NCBI GenBank assembly: GCA_951406725.2
Contig: OX597836.1
Location: 2,108,001-2,172,000, forward strand
From: Octopus vulgaris
Taxonomy: Eukaryota
Direction of reading: 5' to 3'
Length of the DNA: 64,000 nt
Position 1 is the stretch's first letter. Each line of letters begins with the position of its first letter. Below the pieces are notes generated by a model. It saw nothing but the letters and a program-made list of their open reading frames with translations. It was not told the origin of the DNA and did not search any database. Shown piece by piece: positions 1-11,755 of this stretch. The translations under genes and the position numbers were made by a program.

Positions 1-169
1 CCCCTGCAACTCTTGGCAAAATGTCAAACTGTTTGTTTTTAATCTCCAATTGAAGTATTTTTAGCCGATTCCTAGCAACTCCACTAATTGCCTTGGCACT
101 AACATCAGTGCACCGCCTGCAGGTAGAGATGCAGGTGGGTGCAGTAGTAGGAGTGCTCGGCCCTTTTTA

Positions 170-679
170 TTTATTCTCCTTCATCTTTTTCTTCTTCTTC
201 TTCTTCTTCTTTTTCTTCTTCTTCTTCTTCTTTCTTCTTCTTCTTCTTCTCCTCTTCTTCTTCTTCTTCCTTTTCCTCTTCTTCTTCTTCTTCTTCTTCT
301 TCTTCTTCATTACAAATTTCTTTCCACTTCAAGTATTTATTCCCCCTTAAGGGGCTGCATTTTAATTAGACATCGCACTCAGTGAGGGCCCCTAACCCTT
401 CCCCCACCGTAACTGGTAGTTAGACTACCGTCAGCGTCGCCATTACCGCCGACATCCCTACACCCCAAACCCACAACTACAGAGTCATCACCTCCATACC
501 CTTCCAAACCACCACCACCACCACCGCTGCCAACAACAACAAAAACAACAACAGCAGCGCCACCTTTCTCGGGAACATGAACGGCAACCGCAAAGATAAC
601 ACAATTACCTCCACCTCAATCACCTTTAACATTATCACCAAGGATACCAATATTTCCACTTCTAACTACTACAACAACA

Positions 680-732
<53 letters not shown>

Positions 733-735
733 CTG
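170..735. repeat. Low-complexity trinucleotide block: (TTC)n, (ACC/AAC)n, (TAC)n; possibly within a minus-strand 5' UTR exon
   Basis: (TTC)n about 185-308, ACC/AAC runs 508-556, (TAC)n about 680-730. No recognisable protein in any frame. Confidence 0.85.
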
Positions 736-1356
736 CGTCCATAAGAAAGCTTCTGTTTTGGGTAGTTATGTTACTTAGCCCCAGGTTAACTGTGATCGAT
801 GAGAGATATAATCGATCAGTCAAATGTACTGTAGCCGTGACCACCGCCGTTTCTCTTTTTCCAATCCGATGTGCAAGGATACGAGAACGAAATTATTCAA
901 AGCGTTCTCTTTATGAACTCAGGATAAGATTTCAGGGAAGGAATGACCTTAATCCTTAAGTGACCTTAATCCTTGTTGGCTTTCATCCCGAATGTATTGT
1001 GAATACCGTAGATTAATAAAATTTCGGAGACCATCTCCGAAATTATTTCGCGATTTTCAGAACTAGATCTTTTGATAGTGAGTTTATAGGGTGGTCGTGG
1101 AAGGATTTGTTTCGCGCAGAATATGAATGCCCTCTTCTTGCTACCTTCCATGAAGCCGATTGTGAGATGAAGATGAGAAGAGAAGAAAAACAACACAAGT
1201 AGACTACTAATTTATTTATCGACCCCAAGAGAACGAAGGACATATCCTGACCTTCGTGGAATTTGAATTCTCAACGTAAAACGCCATGTCGAATATTTCA
1301 CGCTGTTATATTCTGTGCTTTAGTAAAACTAGTAACATAATGTTTTGCCAGTTTCC

Positions 1357-1566
1357 GGCGACAAGCTGGTAGAACCGTTACCATGCCGGACAAAATGCTT
1401 AGTGATATTTCGTCCGTTTTTTATGATCCGTATCCAAATTTCGCTGAAGTGGATTTGTCTTTTATCATTTCGGGATGGATATAAATCCCAGTTAAACACT
1501 AGTTTCGTTGTAATCGACATACCATACCCACAAACATTGCTGGCGCTGTGCCAAAATTTGAAATCG
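1357..1566 (+). mobile_element. Old, diverged tRNA-derived SINE, family A
   Basis: GCTGGTAGAACCGTTACCATGCCGGACAAAATGCTTAG... aligns by eye to the younger copy at 3349. A minus-strand fragment of the same family lies at about 1200-1290. Confidence 0.75.
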
Positions 1567-1784
1567 CTATAATGTTTAGGCTGTTCTACTTTGAAGCTTC
1601 GATCAACCATGATCAGCAGGTTTTTAACAACAGCAAAATCAATAGCGTTGTTTTCTTCCATTTCAGGAGCGATGAAACGCAATAACAACCAAATGCCATT
1701 CGCAATTACAATAGGCATCAGCTAAATATCTGCTCAGTATTAGATCTGAGACCCGATCTTACGATCATGTTTTTGTGTTGACAG

Positions 1785-1850
1785 AATATTTCCAGGAAAG
1801 TTTTATCGAATACCACAAATCCGTTGATATCACTGTTTTATAAGTCGAAA
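1785..1850 (+). other. Candidate 66-nt internal exon (coding or lncRNA)
   Basis: TTTTTGTGTTGACAG acceptor ends at 1784 and GTAAGT donor starts at 1851. Frame 0 is open (NISRKVLSNTTNPLISLFYKSK). No homology recognised. Confidence 0.2.
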
Positions 1851-3132
1851 GTAAGTAACAGACCCTTCTCGGGCCGATTTCAAATCGCACCGTTGTCATT
1901 ATGGACACTGATTTATTCTCGCATAATTCACCGTAAACGTAATTGGTGCTACAACACAAGACGGAACCGCATGGACATTTACATATAAATACAGTCAAAG
2001 TTTTACCCGTTACCTTAATTTTTTTATATATTTCGAAAGAGATCAATACATTATAGACGTGGACAAATACCATACTGACTCATGTTCGGACAATGAAACT
2101 TAGCAATGAATGTTTCTGTAATAGAAGGGAGGGGTGGACATTTCTGTCTACTTTTAGAAACAAACATATACTTCAATATTTATACAGCACACAAAACCGA
2201 AGTCGGACATACGCACACAAGTAACACCACAAACACTAAGAGTTCAAAACCCGCTGAGATCATTATCAGCCGTAATTCCAGTATTCAATAAAATAAAGTA
2301 TCAGATATGCAGGAATATCGATTAAATATTTGTATGCAGGCGTCCTTCGAGAAAATGGAATTACAAAAGGAGAGAATCAAGTAGAGGCAGAACTGAGAAA
2401 TTTATTGGTCTCCTTCCACCGCTTCATGTCTTTGGTTTTGCGTCCAAAACATTAAAATATGCCAGATTAGTGTTGGAGATTGATGATGAAATCGGTTGTG
2501 TATTTAATATCATACTTTCCTGTCTGACGTCAAACGTCTTTTAACTTGTGGTGTTCAATCAACGGCGGGATCAGATTCCCCTTTCATTCAGTTAATGTTG
2601 ATGGAATCATGAGATTATATTGACATTCACATCTCTGGCAGTGATTAAATTAACCGTTATGGATGTGTGGTTAAAGTGTTCGATCCTGAAACAAATGGCT
2701 TTGGGTACAATTTTACTGAGCAGTACTTAAAGACAGAGAAATATATTTCTCCATAACATCGCCTAAACGTGGCATAACGGAAGAATTATGATCAAAATTT
2801 GTTACAAGAATGCTAAATCATAGATCCTCGAAGACCTCGTTTCTGATTAAGGTTGTGGACTTATCCCGTCACCTCCACAGCCACAACCGCTGCAGCCGCT
2901 AACACCACCACCATCATCACCACCAGCACTATCTCCAAGATCAGATACATTGGCGCACTTAGATTTCTCTCTTTTATTAACTTTCAAACACGGCTTCCGA
3001 TCACTATAAGATCTCTCGTCTTCATGCTTAAAATCACAGACCTTCTCAATACGGGTAATATATACTGTAAATACATATTCTGAGACAGACACACAAGAAC
3101 ACACACACAAACATTCAGGAATAAATGAAGAC

Positions 3133-3189
<57 letters not shown>

Positions 3190-3348
3190 GGCTTTCCTGT
3201 TACCTAGATTGCTTTATGAATGTATGCATGTAGTACAAGTATAAACTTGCACGTGTCTGTGTGTGTGTCGTGGTAGAGCAGCAGCATGCGTTCTTTACTG
3301 TCTCTGTTCGTATGTATTACACATAGGATTGTTATGTGCATATGTTAA

Positions 3349-3670
3349 GGCAGCGAGCTGACAGAATCGATAGCACACCGGAGGAAATGCTTAGCGGTAT
3401 TTCGTCTGCCGCTACGTTCTGAGTTCAAATTCCGCCGAGGTCGACTTTGCCTTTCATCCTTTCGAGGTCGATAAGTTAAGAACCAATTACGCACTGGGGT
3501 CGATATAATCTACTTAATCCATTTGTCTGTCCTTATTTGTCCTCTCTGTGTTTAGCCCCTTGTGGGTAGTAAAGAAATAGGTATTTCGTCCGTCTTCGTG
3601 TTCTGAGTTCAAATTCCAGAGTGGCCTTTCATCCTTTCGGACTCGATGAAATTAGTAACAGTTACGCATT
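3349..3670 (+). mobile_element. tRNA-derived SINE family A: full copy (3349-3579) followed by a partial second unit (3580-3670)
   Basis: A-box-like TGACAGAATCGATAGC, B box GAGTTCAAATTCC, central GCCTTTCATCCTTTCGAGGTCGATAA, tail ...GGGTAGTAAAGAAATA, then the sequence restarts at GGTATTTCGTC. Confidence 0.92.
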
Positions 3671-3671
3671 A

Positions 3672-3810
3672 GCACCAGTGACGTCACATATGAGTGAACT
3701 GGAAAAGGCTGGGGCAAAATGTGTTGCACAATATCACAACACACAGCCCGGTCTGGGAAACGAACTCACTACCTCGTGATTGTGAGCCCGACACTCTAAC
3801 CACTGAGCGA
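3672..3810 (-). mobile_element. 5' part of SINE family C
   Basis: Reverse complement gives GCTCAGTGGTTAGAGTGTCGGG...GTGAGTTCGTTTCCCAGACCGGGCTGTGTG, matching the head of 45332-45646. Confidence 0.75.
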
Positions 3811-3934
3811 TTAATCTTCATTATATATATGTGTGCATGTGTCTGTTGCTATATGTGTGTGTGTATGTGGGTGTGTGAGCGCGTACGGGTGTGTCTGTAT
3901 GTGCACATATGTGAAGTTGCTTGTGTTATTGAAT

Positions 3935-4168
3935 AGGTATATTGCCCTGATGACCGTTCGATTGTGAGTTCGATTGCCGGATTGGGTGCGCGTTCTGTTC
4001 TTGATTAGAACACTTCGTTTCCCGTTGCTCCAATGCGCCCAGCTGTAAATGAGTAGCTGATCGGGGTGAATCGTGACCCCCTTAAATTGCCAGCAGAGTG
4101 ACATTTTTGAAAAGCCAAAACCAGGCAAAGCGCACTGTGACAAGCGATGTACTATAAAATCGCATGAT
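3935..4168 (+). mobile_element. Diverged tRNA-derived SINE sharing its tail with family B
   Basis: B box GAGTTCGATTGCC, core ...CAGCTGTAAATGAGTA, tail GCGCACTGTGACAAGCGATGT similar to 29590-29610. Confidence 0.65.
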
Positions 4169-4203
4169 ATACACACACAAACGTGCGTGTGTTTGTGTGT
4201 GTC

Positions 4204-4251
<48 letters not shown>

Positions 4252-4386
4252 TATATATATATACATATATATATATATATGTGTATATATATAAAACAAT
4301 TAAGTCCAGAAATATATCTGACTTACGTCGGCGTCATTGGGAACATGTAGATCTGTCTAAACTTGTCTCAGCTGCAACAAATGAAA

Positions 4387-4446
<60 letters not shown>

Positions 4447-5705
4447 ATACATCGTTCTATTTACATTAGAACGCTAAACATATCGTCTCAGTAATCAATA
4501 AAGATGTGTCAGCATATTTTATAACAATAGAAATCTCAATAGCACCGGAAAATTATGGAGAGTTGCCACTTCCGCTGGCGGAGCGCAAACACGCAAGATC
4601 AAGTCGAGGGTTGTCTCCCATGCAAGCTGAAAACACGGAAAGATTAGTTGAGCCATATGCTAACAGTGTTCCACTGGAGCTTATGGATATGTCAATACAA
4701 TTATGAGGGAAATCGATGTAGAAATCCTAACGCTAGGATTCCCTGTATGTTTGTTCTATAAATCCATTTATTTATTAATACGGTGTTGTGCGCGTTGTAT
4801 ACTTATCCTCTCTGAGAGTTAAACAGTTCCACTGAAAGAAAGGGATTAGGAATAGCAGCGGTAATTGTGCTTATAGATATAATAGTAGTCGTGGTGGTGA
4901 CACATCATTCCGTCTCCTTTTTCTTCTTTCTGCGTTTTTTTTTTAATTCCTATTCTATAACATTGACAGGATCATTTAAACCTCCAGATTTTATCACACC
5001 CTTTTTTTATATATTCTACGTTCAAAGCTCACCAAGGACAGATTTACTTCTGCTAAAGTATTCAAGCGCCAGTAAAGAAATATGGGTGCTATAATCGATA
5101 AAGACGTTCCCCCCAATTTCCATTCTTCAGTCTAATTAATAAACATTATTGGTGGTATTGTTTTCCCTACAACTGTTGTTGTTGATATTGAGGTTGTTGT
5201 TATGTATATATTCTCATGTTAGACCTAATCTAAGTAATATATAACCAAAATTATTTTACCTACAACCACAATCCTTCTTCTTCATGCAGAATAACTGAGT
5301 ACGTCTAGGAATAATTTCTTTTCACCCAATATGGGTTTCTCTTTGGCATTTTACTCACGTCGTTATTGTGTAGTAATTTAAATGGGATTCGGCTGATGTT
5401 GCTTGGCAGGTATAGCAACCACGTAAACATCCCCCTCGTTGATTCAGAGAAAGGGGTTATTGGGTTTGTTATGTGGATAGGGGTTTACATAAGTAGAAAC
5501 AAAATAATATATACGATGTTTGGTTTCCTGAACGAAGCACCATATAACCTTAGGCAGAAACGGAACTGAGGACGGCAAAAACAAAATAAAAGGCAAGAAT
5601 GAAAACAAACTATGCTAATGGCTTTTAGATACAGTTGTCCTTATATAAACTCAGCTGAGAGGGGTTTAAGCTATTTTCGTGACACGCATGCATTTATTCA
5701 TATAT

Positions 5706-5760
<55 letters not shown>

Positions 5761-5947
5761 TATGTATGTGTATATATATATATATATATATGTATGTATA
5801 TATATATATTCATTTATATATGTATGTATATATATATATGTATGTATGCATGTATATATATATATATATATATATATATTCATTTATATATATATATTCA
5901 TGTATATATGTGTATATATATAATCGCATTTATATATATATATACAT

Positions 5948-6024
<77 letters not shown>

Positions 6025-6691
6025 TGTATGTATGCACGTTCATTTTGTAGTGTATATTAATGTTCACTGAGAGGAGAAATCTCCGTACACATAAACAATA
6101 AAATGCTAACGCTCACGAATATATGCTTACATGAAGCTTGTGTTTCGGGCCATATGCATATAAGCTAACAGCCATATCCAGCCTAACCCAGCTTCTCTAT
6201 ACCCAGAATAAACATAATTACATGAATTCTCTGTGTTTCGTATAACTCACATTAAAAGTGATTCCCTACAATCATCCGTTCCTACGGAAATGTTAATTCT
6301 CTTAGAATTGTTTCATTCATCCAAGATGACGTATCATGCCCAGCTTCATAAATATGAATGAAAATAGAATCTAACACATATAAAAAATACTTTTACGTTC
6401 TGGGCCAATTCCTTATAGCTTAAACTACTAATTTGCATAATCACTTTAAATTAATTTTTCACCTCAGTAAATTTTCAAAATCGGTACTGCACTAAATCGT
6501 GTGAGTTATAATATGTATAGCCTTCCAGTCTCGAGCTAATAACAGCAAACTTGAATACGTCACATGTGTCCTAGATTGTTCTTCTCCAATATTGTGTACT
6601 AATACAATATATTCATTTCTTTATAGTTATATATACGTATGGAGAAAAAGTCAAGATAGAAAATGCTAAAATAATTTGATAAAAAACATTT

Positions 6692-6727
6692 CAGTACCGG
6701 TTTCCGTCATCGAGACTTTTTCAACTG
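6692..6727 (-). ncRNA. Minimal type-I hammerhead ribozyme-like motif, U3-A8 variant
   Basis: Minus strand reads CAG-UUGAAAA-A-GUC(UCGAU)GAC-G-GAAA-CCGG-UA-CUG. Helix I is CAG/CUG and helix III is palindromic (ACCGGU). Confidence 0.55.
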
Positions 6728-6858
6728 TAACAATTAAACAATTAAATTTAGAAAACTAAAAGAAAAGTTGTTTTAAAAGAATATTTGTATAGAGTTCAAA
6801 TACAAGTAGCATTTTCCTCGTTTCTGCCGATCTCTGTCTGTCTGTCTGTCTGTCTGTA

Positions 6859-6891
<33 letters not shown>

Positions 6892-6944
6892 TTATATATA
6901 TACATATATAGAGAGAGAGGGGGAGAGACATACATACAGACAGA

Positions 6945-6976
<32 letters not shown>

Positions 6977-6987
6977 TATATATATAT

Positions 6988-7058
<71 letters not shown>

Positions 7059-7739
7059 TGTGTGTGTCTTATAAAGTAAGATTATATGTTCTATAGAACA
7101 GCATATAACAAATCTCCATTGATAGACCCGTGAACATACACAAGACACTATTCACGAATAACGCATTATATTAAAATATGGAAGCTACGGGTAAGTGGAC
7201 GTAAAAAATACCGCATTAAACGTCGACATTTCAATTCATTATATGGGGAAATCTTAGTCATAATATTCATAATTACAAATCATATATTGTAATGGACCGT
7301 GTATAAATCACTAAAAATATTGGATTAGAATTAATTGATAATTTGTTTTGCATTGGGAATTTAATGGATTGTAAGTGTAAATAATACAAATATATCGCTA
7401 CACACTCTAGTGTAATTATGGTTTCATGTTGCGATTGCAATTCTTATTAGTTCATGGAGATTAATAGTTTAGAAAGCTATACTAATTACTACGAAGCATA
7501 ATCATTGCTTATGGTTGATATGGAGATTTGTGAGTAGAATGTAATATGTTAAGTCGCGACAGGGTATATATGTCTGCATGTGTGTACTTATGTGCGGTTA
7601 TGCATATGTGTGTACCTGTATCTCTCTTCCTCTCTCTCTCTCTCTCTCTCTCTCTGTATGTATATTATATATATATGTGTATGTAGATGTATATAAATAT
7701 GTACATGTATATATATATATATATATGTATATATATGTA

Positions 7740-7784
<45 letters not shown>

Positions 7785-8994
7785 GTATTATGCACACACA
7801 AACGCACATATATACATGTACAGTTAACTACGACATCACCAGCGCTTCTATGGCGGTGGAGATGTTTGGTCGCCATTTCTCATACTCGCTCCTCAACAAG
7901 ACATCACTTTCACTACGCTGTAGTCCCGGATCAAACGTAAACCAAAGCAGGGACCCGGGCACCTAGAGTCTAGTCAGGCACTCAGAATCGTTTGTCAGTT
8001 GGACACTGTTTTCTCTGGTAGTGCAACTTTGCTATGTTATAGAGGCTGACTGGCGGGCAGATGCGATGGTCTTCTCAGTTTGACATTGGATCTCGACGCG
8101 AATGAACTGTGTAATCGATAGTTTTCTGAGGGCGCAAGTTTAGTTTCTAGGGTGCTGTTCTCAGGTTCGCGAGATCATTGTCTCAATGTCGGGACCGATT
8201 GGTACATTATGTCCTTGGGCCAAACATTTCATCTCTCACTTCTACACCATCCCCCTCAACACTTGTCGTATGGTACGCCTTGCGTCTGTTTCAGGCATCT
8301 TCGAGTTAAGAGAAGGAGTAAACTAATGCACACTACAAACATTTCATCACTATAAATTATAAAATCATTTCTGCAGATTGTTCAACGAGAAATTGTAGAA
8401 ACGTAATTCTCGAAGTGCGAGAGACAAAAGTCATCAGTTATTAATTGTGAGGTAGGAATGCGTGAGAGTGTGATGGCTGTGAGTGCAAGGTGAAGGAGAA
8501 TAGTTACTTGTGACAAATAGTTTTAAAAGGGAGACAATAAAAACAATGAGGAAGTCATATCTTATGTGAGTGTGTGTGTGGGGGGACGTTTGCAGAACTT
8601 CGATGAAATACCAAACGTGTATCTTGAAATGAGATTTATACTAAAATATAAGAAAGAAAGAATGTAGATTAATCATTTACAATTTAGCTTTGGTTACTTT
8701 AAAAGATCTTACTTAATTATGTCACCTATTTCCAATCGATTTCATATTTAGATTTTCAACGCTGAAATTTGTTAAATTCTGTGTTTTAGAACGCAGCTAC
8801 TTTAAACCGAAACCAGAGTAAATTGCATTACGGATACCGAGAATTTGTTAGGTATTTTATGTTAATGATATTACTAATCAAGAGATTTATTTTTCTAAAT
8901 ACTAACAGGGTCATTAAAATAACTTAATAATAATTTGAGAAATGTATTGCTACAGAAATAGTAACGGATCTAAAAGAAAGAAAAACTGAAAACA

Positions 8995-9160
8995 TGCGTA
9001 GACGCTGTTATTCGTTAAGAAGCTTGCTTCCCAACCACACCGGCGACTGTTCACTTCCTCTGTGTGGCACCTTGGGCAAGTGACTTCTGCAATAGCTTCG
9101 TGCCGACTTCAGCTTTTGTGAGCGGATTGCGAAGACACAAACTAAAAGCCCATCGTGTAT
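8995..9160 (+). mobile_element. 5' part of SINE family E
   Basis: AGCTTGCTTCCCAACCAC...TGTGTGGCACCTTGGGCAAGTGACTTCT matches the reverse complement of 30760-30840. Confidence 0.8.
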
Positions 9161-9177
9161 ATGTATATATATGTATA

Positions 9178-9231
<54 letters not shown>

Positions 9232-9374
9232 TATATGAGAAAGTGAGGGAGAGTTATTTTATTCTGTTATGTTCGAAATATTTAGATCCTGAATTTCCAC
9301 AGGTGTATAGATTTGTCAGTGACAAAACTATACACCCAACGTAACCTTATAGAGAAAGAAAGATTGTACATACA

Positions 9375-10135
9375 TATTCCTTTGTACTATAGGTACAATT
9401 TGAGGGAAGGAGCCAGTTGATTATATCGGGCTCCTTGGGCATATGGTACTTATTTTGTCGATCCCGAAATGATTCCAGGCAAATTAGACATTGGTGGAAC
9501 TAAGAACCTAAAGACGGACAAAATGACGTGAAGCAATTTCCCCGGCATGCTGTCGAGGCTTCCACCACACCACCTTATTATACAGAAGCATTATTTGTTT
9601 CAAAGATATCAACTGTGAAATATATCTTATGAAATACATCTCTGAACTATTTTAGTTTCAAATTTTGGAATAAAAACCTTTATTTTGTTTTTGGTGGGGG
9701 GTGAAATCGACCCCAGTATTCAACCGGACTTGTTTTATCGACAGGGAATATCGACAACAGCGGAACTGGAACACAGAATGTAGTGTCAGATGAAATACCT
9801 ATTTCTTTACTACCAACAGGGGGCTAAGCACAGAGAGGACAAACAAGGACAGACAAACGGATTAAGTCGATTATATCGACCCCAGTGCGTAACTGGTACT
9901 TATTTAATCGACTCCGATAGGATGAAAGGCAGAGTCGACCTCAGCGGAATTTGAACTCAGAACGTAGCGGCAGACGAAATACCGCTAAGCATTTTGCCCG
10001 GCGTGCTAACGATTCTGCCAGCTCACCGCCTTAATACCTGATAATATAGTGGTTTCCCATTGTGGCACATAGCCAGGAATTTCTGAAGAGGAGTATCACC
10101 GATTACCTCGACTCCAGACCCCAACAGGTACGGGT
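9375..10135 (-). mobile_element. Cluster of SINE family A copies: old copies at about 9375-9580, 9655-9799 and 10050-10135, and a young full copy at 9800-10032
   Basis: 9800-10032 is a close reverse complement of 3349-3579. Flanking copies share the head/core and carry an alternative tail. Confidence 0.88.
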
Positions 10136-10781
10136 TTTAACAACGTCATATTGCTGATATTATATTGACTCACAGAATATATTTTTCTCAAATAATATTA
10201 TGGAAATTAACCAAGTTTGGTAGCGAAGGAATATTGAAGATAAATCCCTTCAAATATAATATTCTTTGCAAAATATATTGGAAATACGCTGATAGGGGAA
10301 AAAGTATATAAATTAAATTTTTACTAAAGTGTCTAATTTTATATAATTCTAATTTATGTTAATTGTCATAGAATTATAAATCACCTCAGGTGTTCTTATT
10401 TCATCATTCAAGTTCATATATTCCAAGAACAATTAAGTCTTTGCCAATATTTTCTTATAATTTCAACAATTTAGTGCAAATTAAATTAATTTATATTCAC
10501 AGCTAATATTAAATTATGTGTATGTATATATGTAAGAAAATACATATGAACATATGCATGTATGTATATATGTAAGTATGTATGTACGTATATACATATT
10601 TATATATATATGTATAATATATATAGATATATTTATATATAAATACATATATACATGCATACACGTGCACAAACATATACACGTATGTACATATGTATGT
10701 GTATATACGGAAATTAATATTCTGTATAAATATAACACGCAGAAATGCGTATGTGTTGTGTGTATGTATGTTTGTGAGCAT

Positions 10782-10823
<42 letters not shown>

Positions 10824-10860
10824 ATGTGTGTGTGTGTGTGTGTGCGTGTGTGGTTGCACA

Positions 10861-11755
10861 CAGTGTGTTCGGAAGAAATATGGCAGTGCATAAAATGAAA
10901 CGAATGTAGAATATGACATCTAAAAATAAATGCATTTTAGAAGAATCAAAACATTAAGTAGATTATTGTTGGTAGATAAACTGTTGCTCTACGTAGCTGC
11001 AATTGTGCTCAACGGCAACCTGATGACGACTCAGGAACCTAGCGTATGCATTCTTTAGCATCTCCAGGGCGGTCTACGAATAGTTTTTGATTTTGGCCAT
11101 CAACTCGGTGATGTAGTTAGAGCGGTTGGTGTCTTTTCAAACGCACCCCACATGTAATAATGCACAGGGTTACAATCGGGTTAATTAAGGTGCAAGGATT
11201 GGAGTTGTTCAATTCTTAGAAATTTTGCAACAATCAGTTTCGACGATTGCCATACGATGGTATGGCAAGTAGTCGAATCCTTCTGACACCCATGTGATCA
11301 TCCAATAAGAATACTGTCCGGCAAGGATTTGATAGGTCTCCGTATGTCCCTGTGGATGTTGTGAAACAGGTCCTGGCAAAAATTGGTTTCATCTGAGAAG
11401 AAACAGATCATCCCTGACTAATCTTCTTCAGGAGTTCTTTGCCTTCGTCAGGCGGTTCTACTTGGTCTTGCATTTCCGAATTTATCTCTTGCGCTTTTTC
11501 GACGAGTGGCAGCGAACGGTGTCGTTAGGCACCAACTACTTGGTGGCGTCTCCAACTCCCGTCCTTCTCGTAGAAGCTTAAAATCTCTGGCTTGAATCTT
11601 CTTGTATATTGTCCTGCAGTTGTTGAATGAAGTACAGCGTGCGGATGTCGTCAGAAAGTTTGGTTTCTCATTATCAGAACGCCGAAACGGGAATTACAGA
11701 TTAACAGATGCGTAGCACCCCAAGGCTGGTTAAGAAGTAGTGAGGGTCAAATACC
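10861..11755 (-). mobile_element. Decayed Tc1/mariner transposon, maT (DD37D)-like
   Basis: Minus-strand translation gives FFSDETNFCQD (about 11371-11403) and N*PDCNPVHYYMWGAFEK (about 11133-11186), corresponding to the first and third catalytic-residue motifs. Stops and frameshifts are present. Confidence 0.8.

Noticed and set aside
944-974. Short tandem duplications (TGACCTTAATCCTT twice here; TTTAGGGGTTAGATTCA twice at 52004-52037)
   Set aside because: Only two units with no spacer array, so these are simple slippage duplications, not CRISPR or telomeric arrays.
1329-1718. 129-aa minus-strand ORF
   Set aside because: Its C-terminal half is the antisense of a SINE A copy, and no domain is recognisable.
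9285-9325. Weak hammerhead-like traces here and at about 12290-12320 and 22155-22185
   Set aside because: Too many core and helix mismatches to distinguish from chance.
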